Assembly: GCA_039588155.1 (NCBI GenBank)
Contig: JBDHAI010000009.1
Span: forward strand, 1-34,699
DNA length: 34,699 bases
DNA from: Gemmatimonadota bacterium
Lineage (GTDB): Bacteria; Gemmatimonadota; Gemmatimonadetes; Palauibacterales; KS3-K002
Reading direction: 5' to 3'
Part shown: positions 9,005-18,200 of the stretch, one piece after another
How the letters are laid out: each line of letters begins with the position of its first letter
Position numbering within the stretch: position 1 is the first letter of the stretch
The notes under the pieces: generated by a model
What the model was told of the DNA's origin: nothing
The model's input: the letters and a program-made list of their open reading frames with translations, nothing else
Database searches by the model: none
Made by a program: the position numbers and the translations under genes

Positions 9005-9916
9005 ATGAGCGAGGAACGGATGGCGACCGCAGAGTTCGCCACCATTCGTGAAACGGGAGTCGGTAAGCGCTGGCGAACTTCGCGCCGGACTATCGACTTG
9101 TCGAGTCCGGTGCTGATGGGCGTGCTGAACGTCACACCGGACTCTTTTTCGGACGGTGGGCTCTTTTTCGATCGGCAGGCGGCCGGACGGCGAATCGAGG
9201 AATTGGCGCGCGAGGGCGCTGACATCATCGATATCGGGGGCGAGTCGACGCGGCCCGGCTCGTTGCCGGTGGCCGAGGACGAAGAGGTACGCCGCGTGCT
9301 GCCGGCCATCGAGGCGGCGGCCCAGCAGGCGGGGGTCGCAGTGTGCGTTGACACCACCAAATCGGGTGTGGCGCGGCGTGCACTCGATGCGGGGGCCGAG
9401 ATCATCAACGATGTCTCCGGTCTTCGTTTCGATCCGGTGCTGGCTGGACTCGCCGCGGAGACGGGTGCCGGCCTGGCATTGATGCACATGCGCGGCGAGC
9501 CGCGAACGATGCAGGAGCGAATCCACTACGACGACTTGATCGGCGAAGTCGGCGGGGAGCTCGGCAAATCGGTCGAGGCCGCTCTGCGCGCCGGTTGTCG
9601 GCCCGACCAGCTTGTGGTCGACCCGGGGATAGGCTTCGGAAAGACGGCCCGGCAGAACCTGGCTCTCATCAACATGCTCGACCAGTTGGAGCCGGCAGGG
9701 TACCCAGTCTTGATCGGACCGTCCCGGAAGTCGTTCATTGGTAAGACGCTCGGGCTCGAAGTCGACCAGCGGCTCGAGGCTACGCTGGCGGCTTGCGTCA
9801 TCGCGTTCTTGCGGGGCGCGCGGGTCTTTCGCGTGCACGATGTGCGAGCGGCGCGACGGGCATTAGACATGGCGAAATCGATCATCGAAGAAAAGGACCG
9901 TGGGCAACTTTCTTGA
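9005..9916 (+). CDS. folP: Dihydropteroate synthase
   Basis: MGVLNVTPDSFSDGG, DIGGESTRPG, INDVSG, DPGIGFGK, SRKSFIG, RVHDV. Start may be at 9005 or 9020. Confidence 0.97.
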   Translation: MSEERMATAEFATIRETGVGKRWRTSRRTIDLSSPVLMGVLNVTPDSFSDGGLFFDRQAAGRRIEELAREGADIIDIGGESTRPGSLPVAEDEEVRRVLPAIEAAAQQAGVAVCVDTTKSGVARRALDAGAEIINDVSGLRFDPVLAGLAAETGAGLALMHMRGEPRTMQERIHYDDLIGEVGGELGKSVEAALRAGCRPDQLVVDPGIGFGKTARQNLALINMLDQLEPAGYPVLIGPSRKSFIGKTLGLEVDQRLEATLAACVIAFLRGARVFRVHDVRAARRALDMAKSIIEEKDRGQLS

Positions 9917-10772
9917 ACGAATCGCGTTCCTGAGGCCGGATCTCGGGGACCTGCTCCAGATGGCGGTGGTAGCGTACATCTTCTATCGCCTCCTGCTTCT
10001 GTGGGCGGGCACTCGGGCCATCCAGATGCTTCTGGGCCTCATCGTGCTCTTCGCCGTCTATGCCCTCGCCGAGGTGTTGCAGCTGGAATTGATCCGCTAC
10101 CTGCTGCAGATCGTCTTCACCTGGGGCGTGGTGGCGGCCGTCGTCATCTTCCAGCCCGAGTTGCGCAGCGCCCTGACCAAGTTGGGGCAGAACCGTTTTT
10201 GGCGCTTCTTCTCCCGCTCGGAGAAGACGTCCGAGGCGCTGCTGGAGCTGGCTCACGCCGTCGAAGTTCTCGCTCGCAAACGCATCGGCGCGATCCTCGC
10301 CGTCGAGCGTGAGGTCGGTCTAGAAGAGTACGCGCGGAAGGGGACGCCGATCCAGGCGCCGATCTCCACCGAGTTGCTCGAGAGCATCTTCACCCGCTAC
10401 GGCCCCCTCCATGACGGAGCCGTCGTCGTGCGCGGTGAGACGATGATCGCCGCGCGCTGTATCCTCCCGTTGACGCAATTCCCCGTGACCGACCGAAGTC
10501 TCGGCACGCGCCACAGGGCCGCCATCGGGCTGTCCGAGGAAACGGATGCCCTAGTCATCGTCGTCTCGGAGGAGACTGGCCACATCTCGCTAGCGCAACG
10601 GGGCCGTCTAGAGCGGAACGCCAGTGGCGATCGGTTGCGCGAGGCGCTGGGGATCATGCCCGCCGCCCGCGAACCGGCTGCCGCCCCGGTCCAACTGGCC
10701 GCCCCGCTCCAGTCGCCAGAGGCTGCCCCGGGCGAGCTGAGCCTCGTTGACAGAAGCTCTTCCGGGCCCTAG
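9900..10772 (+). CDS. cdaA: Membrane diadenylate cyclase CdaA/DacA (c-di-AMP synthase)
   Basis: Three N-terminal TM helices, IFQPELR, catalytic LHDGA and GTRHRAA motifs, VVSEETG. Confidence 0.94.
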   Translation: MGNFLERIAFLRPDLGDLLQMAVVAYIFYRLLLLWAGTRAIQMLLGLIVLFAVYALAEVLQLELIRYLLQIVFTWGVVAAVVIFQPELRSALTKLGQNRFWRFFSRSEKTSEALLELAHAVEVLARKRIGAILAVEREVGLEEYARKGTPIQAPISTELLESIFTRYGPLHDGAVVVRGETMIAARCILPLTQFPVTDRSLGTRHRAAIGLSEETDALVIVVSEETGHISLAQRGRLERNASGDRLREALGIMPAAREPAAAPVQLAAPLQSPEAAPGELSLVDRSSSGP

Positions 10773-10775
10773 TGT
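10747..10775 (+). promoter_or_regulatory. Putative sigma70 promoter of exbB-exbD-exbD-tonB, inside the cdaA 3' end
   Basis: TTGACA (10747-52), 17 nt, TAGTGT (10770-75); overlapped by the palindrome TGTTA-N9-TAACA (10773-91). Confidence 0.6.
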
Positions 10776-10833
10776 TAAATGATACATAACATTCCAAGAG
10801 GGCTGGCCACCACCTAGCAACTGTGAGGTTCGC

Positions 10834-11475
10834 TTGCAACAGGAAGCCCAATACGCTCTCCTGCAGCTCTTCAGGGACGGCGGCTTCATGATGTATGCTC
10901 TGGTGCTCTGCTCACTGCTGGCGCTGGGCGTCATCATCGCGAAAGCCTATATCCTCATCGTCGCTCACCGTGATAGCCAGCGACTTCTCGCCCAGCTGCA
11001 CGATATGCCGAAGGCGAACGTGGACTACAACGCGACCATCGAGCTGGCCGATGAGACTCAGGGGCCGGTGGCGGCGATCGTTTCGTCCGCGCTGCGCCGT
11101 GTGCGCGAGCGGGGTCACAGTGACGCCGACATTGAGAAGGCAGTAGCTACGACCGGAGCGATCGAGCTCGGCTTCCTCGAGCGGGGACTGGTGGTTCTCG
11201 CCACCGTGGCCAACGTGGCGCCGATGATGGGGTTCTTGGGCACGGTCGTGGGGATGATCGCCGCCTTCGGGGCGGTAGCGGAGGCGGGACAAATCGAAGC
11301 GACGCTGGTTGCCGGCGGAATCAAGGTGGCGTTGATCACGACGGCCACGGGGCTGACGATCGCGATCCCGGTCAACATCGCTTACAACTTTTTCGTGACT
11401 CGAATCGATCAACTCATTCTCGATATGGAGAAGGGGACAGAGGAAGTGATGGACATGTCTCCTCCCGCGCCGTAG
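10834..11475 (+). CDS. exbB: MotA/TolQ/ExbB proton channel protein
   Basis: APMMGFLGTVVGMI and GIKVALITTATGL.IAIP motifs; TTG start after GAGG. Confidence 0.9.
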   Translation: MQQEAQYALLQLFRDGGFMMYALVLCSLLALGVIIAKAYILIVAHRDSQRLLAQLHDMPKANVDYNATIELADETQGPVAAIVSSALRRVRERGHSDADIEKAVATTGAIELGFLERGLVVLATVANVAPMMGFLGTVVGMIAAFGAVAEAGQIEATLVAGGIKVALITTATGLTIAIPVNIAYNFFVTRIDQLILDMEKGTEEVMDMSPPAP

Positions 11476-11518
11476 CGTCCAGGTGGAGCGTAGATCGAGG
11501 AAGAAGGTGTAAGAGGCC

Positions 11519-11944
11519 ATGGCAATTCTTCAGAGAAAAAGCCGGGTTAGCGACGAGATCCCCACGGCGTCGATGGCGGATATCGCGTTTCTACTGCTCA
11601 TCTTCTTCTTGACCACGACCGTATTCGAAGAGGAGAAGGGGCTGCCCATCGTTCTGCCCGAGGCCGCCGCCGAGCAGGTCGAGGTCTCACAGAAGAACAT
11701 CATCCACTTCCTGGTTCAGGAAGATGGGGCGATCGTCATCCGCCGCGGTGAGAGCACGGCCGAGCAGGTGGTCGCTTTCAGCCAGATCGAGGGCATCATG
11801 CGGCAGGAGATCGGCTCCAACCCCGAGATCATTGCGGCTGTAAAGACGGCACCGAACGCGCCGTATCGACACATGATCAATGTGCTTGATGAGCTGCAGT
11901 CCGCGAACGCACAGCGTATCTCCTTGCAGCTATGGGAGAGATAG
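11519..11944 (+). CDS. exbD: ExbD/TolR protein (copy 1)
   Basis: EIPTASMADIAFLLLIFF TM segment with the conserved Asp; periplasmic domain ending APY..MINVLDEL. Confidence 0.9.
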   Translation: MAILQRKSRVSDEIPTASMADIAFLLLIFFLTTTVFEEEKGLPIVLPEAAAEQVEVSQKNIIHFLVQEDGAIVIRRGESTAEQVVAFSQIEGIMRQEIGSNPEIIAAVKTAPNAPYRHMINVLDELQSANAQRISLQLWER

Positions 11945-11947
11945 ACA

Positions 11948-12397
11948 ATGGCAAAAAAGGGTGGACCGTTCGAGCGGAAATCGAAAGTCGGGGCCGAGAT
12001 ACCGGCCGCGTCGATGGCTGATATCGCTTTCTTGCTTCTGATCTTCTTCATGGTGTCGACGACGTTTAGACGCGAGCAGGATCGACACTTGACCTTCCCG
12101 AAGGCCGAGGCGACGCAGAAGCAGGATGAGAAGCGCAAGAACATCCTGCACATCTGGATCGAACCGGACGGGCAGGTGTATATAAATGACAGGTTGGTGC
12201 CGATGGAGATGGTGGCCGAGGTCGTGTTGCCGCTCTATCGAGCCAGTGACCGCCGTCTGTTGATCGCCCTACGCGGCGATCGCGACGTTCCGTACCGATA
12301 TGTCAACTCGGTCACGGAGCAGCTGCGCGAGGCGAACGCGGTGCGCGTGTTCTTCCACACGGACCTCGAGAGCCGGCTGACGCGCGAGAGGAGGTAG
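11948..12397 (+). CDS. exbD: ExbD/TolR protein (copy 2)
   Basis: EIPAASMADIAFLLLIFFMVSTTF; LRGDRDVPY..V. Confidence 0.9.
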   Translation: MAKKGGPFERKSKVGAEIPAASMADIAFLLLIFFMVSTTFRREQDRHLTFPKAEATQKQDEKRKNILHIWIEPDGQVYINDRLVPMEMVAEVVLPLYRASDRRLLIALRGDRDVPYRYVNSVTEQLREANAVRVFFHTDLESRLTRERR

Positions 12398-12403
12398 GCT
12401 GCT

Positions 12404-13087
12404 ATGGCAGAAACGGGTGCAGGCGCGAGCGGCGGCGTTATTCGCTGGACCGCCAACGACAATTTCAAGCGATCGTCGGGGGCCTGGCTTTGGGGCGGTG
12501 TGATCGTGGCCACGGTCTTTCATTTCGGCCTCTTCAAGTTCTTCCCCGAGCTGACGGCCTCGGACGTGAGCTTCGGCGTGAACGAGTTCGAAGCGATCGA
12601 GCTACCGCCGGAAGTCGATATCCCGCCACCTCCAGAGCAGATCTCGCGGCCGGCCGTACCTGTCGTAGCCGCGACCGAGCTGGAAGAGGACATCACCATC
12701 GCGCCGACGACTTTCGAGGAGAACCCTGTCGAGAACCTGCCGCCGCCGCCATCCGACGCGAGCCGTCTCGGCGATCAGCCGGTGTTCACACCTTATACGG
12801 TGAAGCCCGAGCTGAAGAACCGCAGGGAAGCTCTGCGCATCGTTGAGCGCAATTACCCCAAGCTCCTAAAGGACGCCGGAATCGGTGGGACCGTACTGGT
12901 GTGGGTGTTCATCGACTCGAACGGCGCCGTGAAGAACGCTCAGGTGCAGAAGGGTTCCGGTAACTCCTCTCTCGACGATGCGGCTCTGAAATCGGCGAAT
13001 GTTTTCAGCTTCACGCCGGCCCTCAACAGGGACAAGAGAGTGCCGGTGTGGATCGCGATTCCGATTACGTTCGCGGTGAAGAACTAG
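12404..13087 (+). CDS. tonB: Energy transducer TonB
   Basis: N-terminal TM with His, Pro/Glu-rich linker, C-terminal YP...GIGGTV.V...ID..G.V...LDDAAL...FTPA domain. Confidence 0.92.
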   Translation: MAETGAGASGGVIRWTANDNFKRSSGAWLWGGVIVATVFHFGLFKFFPELTASDVSFGVNEFEAIELPPEVDIPPPPEQISRPAVPVVAATELEEDITIAPTTFEENPVENLPPPPSDASRLGDQPVFTPYTVKPELKNRREALRIVERNYPKLLKDAGIGGTVLVWVFIDSNGAVKNAQVQKGSGNSSLDDAALKSANVFSFTPALNRDKRVPVWIAIPITFAVKN

Positions 13088-13107
13088 GCCTCCGCGGCTG
13101 ACGTCTC

Positions 13108-13145
13108 GGCCCGGCATCGCGGTGGCGGTGCCGGGCCTTCTTATT
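13108..13145 (+). terminator. Intrinsic terminator after tonB
   Basis: 13-bp GC stem GGCCCGGCATCGC-GGTG-GCGGTGCCGGGCC followed by TTCTTATT. Confidence 0.85.
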
Positions 13146-13180
13146 GGGGTCTGGAATGGTTAAATGCGTCCCGCGTTAGC

Positions 13181-13209
13181 TTGCTTGTGGTTTACCGGAC
13201 TCGTAACTT
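13181..13209 (+). promoter_or_regulatory. Putative sigma70 promoter of the yggS-divIVA-PNP-ileS operon
   Basis: TTGCTT, 17 nt, TAACTT; lies just downstream of the tonB terminator. Confidence 0.55.
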
Positions 13210-13218
13210 TGCTTGATT

Positions 13219-13920
13219 ATGTATCTTGAGCGACTCGAGCGCGCTTTGCCCGTAGTCCAACGGCGGATCGAACGGGCTTGCGAGCGGGCCGAGCGCTCCG
13301 ATGCACGTTCCATTACGCTCGTGGCCGTCACCAAAGGCCACCCGCTCGAGGCTCTGCGGGCCGCTCGGCAAGTCGGTCTGAGCGTGATCGGTGAGAATCG
13401 CGTTCAGGAGGCTCGATCGAAGTGGGCGGAGGCGGGGAATCTCGGGCTCGCCTGGCACCTGGTTGGGCATCTACAGCGAAACAAGGCGGGTCAGGCGCTC
13501 GGCATGTTCGACCTCATCCACTCAGTGGATTCGCTGCGCTTGGCGCGCACTCTCGATAAGGAGGCCGAAAAGTCCGGCCGAGCGGCGTCGATTCTGGTTC
13601 AGATCAACGCCAGCGGAGAAGAGTCGAAGTACGGATTAGATGCCGGGGCGGCGTTTTCTGTGCTGCGCGAGATCTGCCAGCTGTCCGGCCTGCGGGTCTC
13701 GGGGTTGATGACGATGGCGCCGTTCACCGATGAGGAATCGATACTACGGAGGACGTTCCGTGGGATGCGGGAGCTCTACGAGCGATGCCGCGATGAGCTG
13801 GAGCGATTCGAGGCCCGGCATCTATCGATGGGAATGACGAACGATTTTGAAATAGCGATCGAGGAGGGCAGCACGATGCTGCGGCTCGGTACGGTGCTGT
13901 TTGGGGAGCGGGGACAATGA
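13219..13920 (+). CDS. yggS: PLP homeostasis protein, YggS family
   Basis: LVAVTK (PLP Lys), GENRVQE, WHLVGHLQRNK, GLMTM, LSMGMTNDFEIAIEEGST.LRLG. Confidence 0.96.
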   Translation: MYLERLERALPVVQRRIERACERAERSDARSITLVAVTKGHPLEALRAARQVGLSVIGENRVQEARSKWAEAGNLGLAWHLVGHLQRNKAGQALGMFDLIHSVDSLRLARTLDKEAEKSGRAASILVQINASGEESKYGLDAGAAFSVLREICQLSGLRVSGLMTMAPFTDEESILRRTFRGMRELYERCRDELERFEARHLSMGMTNDFEIAIEEGSTMLRLGTVLFGERGQ

Positions 13921-14441
13921 TCGATCTAACGCCACTCGATGTAAGAAAAAAGAAGGGCGACTTCCGGCGCGCGGTGCGTGGCTACGATCACGAGCTCGTC
14001 GATGACTTCCTCGACATTGTCGCCGAGCTGTTGGAGGAGCTCGTTAAGCAGAACGAGGCATTGGTCACAGCTCAGCAACTCCGCACCGAGGCGCAGGCGC
14101 AAGCCGACCGGGAAGCGGACCTCGTGCGGCGCGAGGCGCAGAGCCAGGCGGAGCGCATCGTCGAGGAGGGCCAACGATCGCTCCGCGAACTGGCGCGTCA
14201 GATCGAGACCCTTCAGACCAGAAAGGCGCAATTCGTGCGCGCCTTTCGCACACTGCTCGAGCGGTACTACTCCGAGCTCGAGTTGGAGGAGGAGCGGCGC
14301 GAGGAATCCCGGCCGGCCGTTGCCCCGCCGCCGATGCCTTCCGAACCACCTCCCGAGGTGCCTGAGGAAAAGATCGAGAATTCGAGCTCCGATTGGCTGT
14401 CGTCGCTCGTAGCGGAAAGGGAGCAGGAGGAGGCGACCTGA
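13917..14441 (+). CDS. divIVA: DivIVA domain protein
   Basis: LTPLDV...FRRAVRGYD...VDDFLD.V N-terminal domain, then a coiled coil that appears internally shortened. Confidence 0.88.
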   Translation: MIDLTPLDVRKKKGDFRRAVRGYDHELVDDFLDIVAELLEELVKQNEALVTAQQLRTEAQAQADREADLVRREAQSQAERIVEEGQRSLRELARQIETLQTRKAQFVRAFRTLLERYYSELELEEERREESRPAVAPPPMPSEPPPEVPEEKIENSSSDWLSSLVAEREQEEAT

Positions 14442-15280
14442 TGTCAGAGCGGGGCGCTGACCTGCTGCTTCAGCGGATCCGCTCGGCCTCCGAGGCAATC
14501 ACCGAACGCGTGACCGTCACGCCGCGTATCGCGATCATCTTGGGTACCGGGCTCGGGGCCCTGGCCGAAGAGATCGAGGCCGAGGCGACCATCCCGTACG
14601 AGGAGATCTCCGATTTCCCCGTCCCGACAGTAGAAAGTCATAGCGGTCGCCTGCTTGTGGGCCACCTCTCCGGACAGCCGGTCGTGGCCATGCAGGGTAG
14701 GTTCCACCGCTACGAGGGCTACACTCTTCAACAGGTGACATTCCCCGTGCGAGTGATGCGCGACCTCGGTGCGGAGACTCTGATCGTCTCGAACGCGTGC
14801 GGCGGGATGAATCCGATGTGGGACGTCGGCGATCTGATGCTGATCGCAGACCACATCAACCTGCTCGGCGATAACCCGCTGATCGGCCCCAATCCGGACG
14901 AGCTGGGACCGCGCTTTCCCGATATGTCCGAGCCTTACTCGCTGGAACTTCAGCGGCTCGCCCTAGAAGTGGCGCGGGAGAAGAGAATAACACTGCGACG
15001 GGGTGTCTATGTGGCCGTACCGGGTCCTAACTTGGAGACGCGCGCCGAGTACCGCTTTCTCAGGGCGATCGGAGCCGACGTGGTCGGAATGTCGACGGTT
15101 CCCGAAGTCATCGTGGCGGTACACGGCGGCATGAGGGTGCTGGGAGTGTCGATCATCACCGATAGTTGTCTGCCGGACGCTCTGAAGCCGGCCAGCGTGG
15201 AAGATATCATTCGCGTCGCCGGCGCGGCGGAACCGAGGTTGACGTCCTTGATCAAGAACGTTGTCGCCCGTTTGGGCTAG
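14441..15280 (+). CDS. punA: Purine nucleoside phosphorylase (trimeric, family 2)
   Basis: IILGTGLG, QGRFHRYEG, SNACGG, DHIN, GPRFPDMS, GPNLET.AE, VGMSTVPE. Confidence 0.92.
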   Translation: MSERGADLLLQRIRSASEAITERVTVTPRIAIILGTGLGALAEEIEAEATIPYEEISDFPVPTVESHSGRLLVGHLSGQPVVAMQGRFHRYEGYTLQQVTFPVRVMRDLGAETLIVSNACGGMNPMWDVGDLMLIADHINLLGDNPLIGPNPDELGPRFPDMSEPYSLELQRLALEVAREKRITLRRGVYVAVPGPNLETRAEYRFLRAIGADVVGMSTVPEVIVAVHGGMRVLGVSIITDSCLPDALKPASVEDIIRVAGAAEPRLTSLIKNVVARLG

Positions 15281-15290
15281 TCGTCACGAG

Positions 15291-18200
15291 ATGAGTGAAG
15301 AGCGTTACCGAGAGATACCCGATAACCCTACCGAGCTCGAAGAAGCCGTACTCGATGCCTGGGAGGGTGAAGATACGTTTGGCAGGTCCCTCGAGCTCAC
15401 CAGCGCCGGGGAGCCGTTCGTCTTTTACGAAGGGCCACCAACGGCCAACGGTCGTCCTGGAATCCATCACGTCTTCTCCCGCACGCTGAAAGACACTTTC
15501 TGCCGGTATCAGACGATGCAGGGCCGCTCGGTCACGCGCATCGCCGGTTGGGATACGCACGGTCTGCCTGTCGAAGTGGAGGCCGAGAAGGCGCTCGGTA
15601 TATCCGGCAAGCCCGAGATAGAGAAGATCGGTGTGGAGCGATTCACCGAGGAGTGCCGGAGGCACATCTTCACCTACAAGGAGGACTGGGAGAAGCTCTC
15701 GCAGCGCATCGGTTTCTGGCTCGACTACTCGCAGGCCTACGTCACCTGCTATCCGCAGTACATAGAGAGCGTCTGGTGGGCGCTGTCCCAGTTTCACGAA
15801 AGGGGCTTGCTCTACCGGGGGCACAAGGTCGTCCCCTACTGCCCGCGGTGCGGAACCGGGCTCTCCAGCCATGAGGTCGCTCAGGGCTACGAGGAGGTCA
15901 CCGAGCCGGCGGTCACGGTAAAGTTCCCGGTGAAGGATCGGCCGGGCGAGTTTCTTCTGGCCTGGACGACTACGCCCTGGACGCTACCCGGCAACGTCGC
16001 ACTCGCTGTCAGTCCGATGATCGCCTACGTGAAAGCGCAGGTCGGGGACGAGTTTTACTACCTGGCTGAGCGCCTGGCGGACGACGTGCTCGGCGACGGC
16101 TACGAGGTTCTAGAGACGATGCCGGGCGGCAAGCTCGCGGGCATGCGCTACGAGCCCGTCTTCCCGTTCTTGAGTGATGCTGTCGGCGCGGAGGACGGGT
16201 GGTACGTGGCCACGGCGGACTTCGTCACCGCCGAGGAAGGCACCGGCATCGTCCACACGGCGGTGATGTACGGGCAAGACGACTACGAGTTGGGTATGGC
16301 CCTCGGTTTGCCCGCTCACCACCTGGTGGATGAGCAAGGCCGCTTCATCGACGAGGTGAAGCCCTGGGCCGGCGTCTTCGTCAAGGACGCGGACTCCGAG
16401 ATCATCGCCTCGTTGCGGGACTCGGGACGGCTACTCGAGTCCAAAGACCACGCCCACACGTATCCCTTCTGCTGGCGTTGCGGCACGCCGCTGCTCTACT
16501 ACGCTCGAGATTCCTGGTACCTACGCACGACCGCCGTCAAGGACAAGTTGTTGAACCACAACGCTTCGGTGAGCTGGCATCCGCCGGAGATCGGTCGCGG
16601 CCGCATGGCGGAGTGGCTGGAGAACAACGTGGACTGGGCGCTCTCGCGTGACCGTTACTGGGGCACACCCTTGCCGGTTTGGATCTGCGATCGAGACGAC
16701 AACCATATCGAAGTCATCGGAGGCTACGAGGAGTTGGGGCGGCGCTCGGGTATAGAGATCGGTTCCGATTTCGACCCGCATAAGCCCTACATCGACACGG
16801 TCGAGTGGCGTTGCGCGGTGTGTGACGGGACCATGCGCCGGACACCGGAGGTCATCGATGCGTGGTTCGATTCCGGGTCGATGCCCTTCGCTCAGTGGCA
16901 CTACCCGATCGAGCATGGGGACGAGTTCAAGGGTCAGTTCCCGGCGGACTTCATCGCCGAGGGTGTCGATCAGACGCGGGGTTGGTTCTACTCGCTGCTC
17001 GCCATCTCGACGGTGCTGTTCGATTGCGCGCCCTACAGACACGTGGTGGTCAACGATCTCGTGCTGGACGAGGAGGGCGTCAAGATGTCGAAGTCCCGGG
17101 GCAATGTCGTCGATCCCTGGGAGGCGATTCATGAGTTCGGTGCCGATGCGATTCGCTTCTACCTGCTATCGGTTAGTAATCCCTGGTTTTCCAAGCGGCA
17201 CGACCGCAAAGCGATAGCTGAGGTGCGGCGGAAGTTCTTCGGCACGCTATCGGCCACCTATCGTTTCTTCGAGCTCTACGCGAACCTGGAGAACTGGACG
17301 CCGGAAGAGCGACCCCCGATCGACAAGCGCCCGGTAATGGATCGCTGGCTGCTGTCGCGTCTGGACGGGCTCGTCGCGGCATGCCGCGCCGACATGGACA
17401 GCTTCGACGTAACACCGGCGATCAGACGCATCGGCGAATTCGTGGTCGACGACCTGTCGAACTGGTACGTGCGACGCTCCCGCGCCCGCTTCTGGGGCAC
17501 GCGGTCCGCCACCCGTGAGACGCTGGAAGCTGCGTTCGCCACGCTTTGGGAAACGCTGGTGGCGGTGTGCCGGCTGCTGGCGCCGATGACGCCTTTCCTA
17601 ACGGATTGGATCCACCGCGAGTTGACCGGGAAGTCTGTACACCTAGAGAGCTACCCGGGACTCGAAGGATACCAGAATACGGACCTGGACGCCTCGATGG
17701 ACCTCGGGCGCCGGCTGTCCGGGCTGGGTCGTGGCGCAAGGGAGTCGGCGGGTATTCGGGTGCGACAGCCGCTGCGTCGGCTCACCGCGGCGGTTCCGCC
17801 CGGCCTAGCCAGCCGCATGGATCGTGAGGTATTGGAGATCGTGCGCGATGAGCTGAACGTGAGGGAGCTCGCCTTCGTGGACGATCCCGGCGAGTTGTTG
17901 ACCTATCGGGCGGAGCCCAATTTCGCGGTGTTGGGTCCGGAGTTTGGGCCGCGCGCCGCTCGGGTGGCCGAGGCGGTACGCGGTCTCGAGGGCTCTGAAT
18001 TGGGGGCGTGGCGTTCACGGGGCGGCAAACTGTCCGTCCAGGTCGACGGTGAAGGGGTTGAGCTCCCGGCCGCGGCCGTCACCGTGGTCGAGGAGCCGCA
18101 GCCCGGCCTGGTGGTGCAGAGCGAGGCCGGGATCACCGTTGCCCTCGACGTGGTACTGGACGACGGACTGAGGTCGGAAGGGACGGCGCGCGAGCTGGTG

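Noticed and set aside
11560-12050. Repeated DNA segment CGTCGATGGC.GATATCGC...ATCTTCTTC
   Set aside because: Explained by the shared TM motif of the two exbD paralogues; not a separate repeat element.
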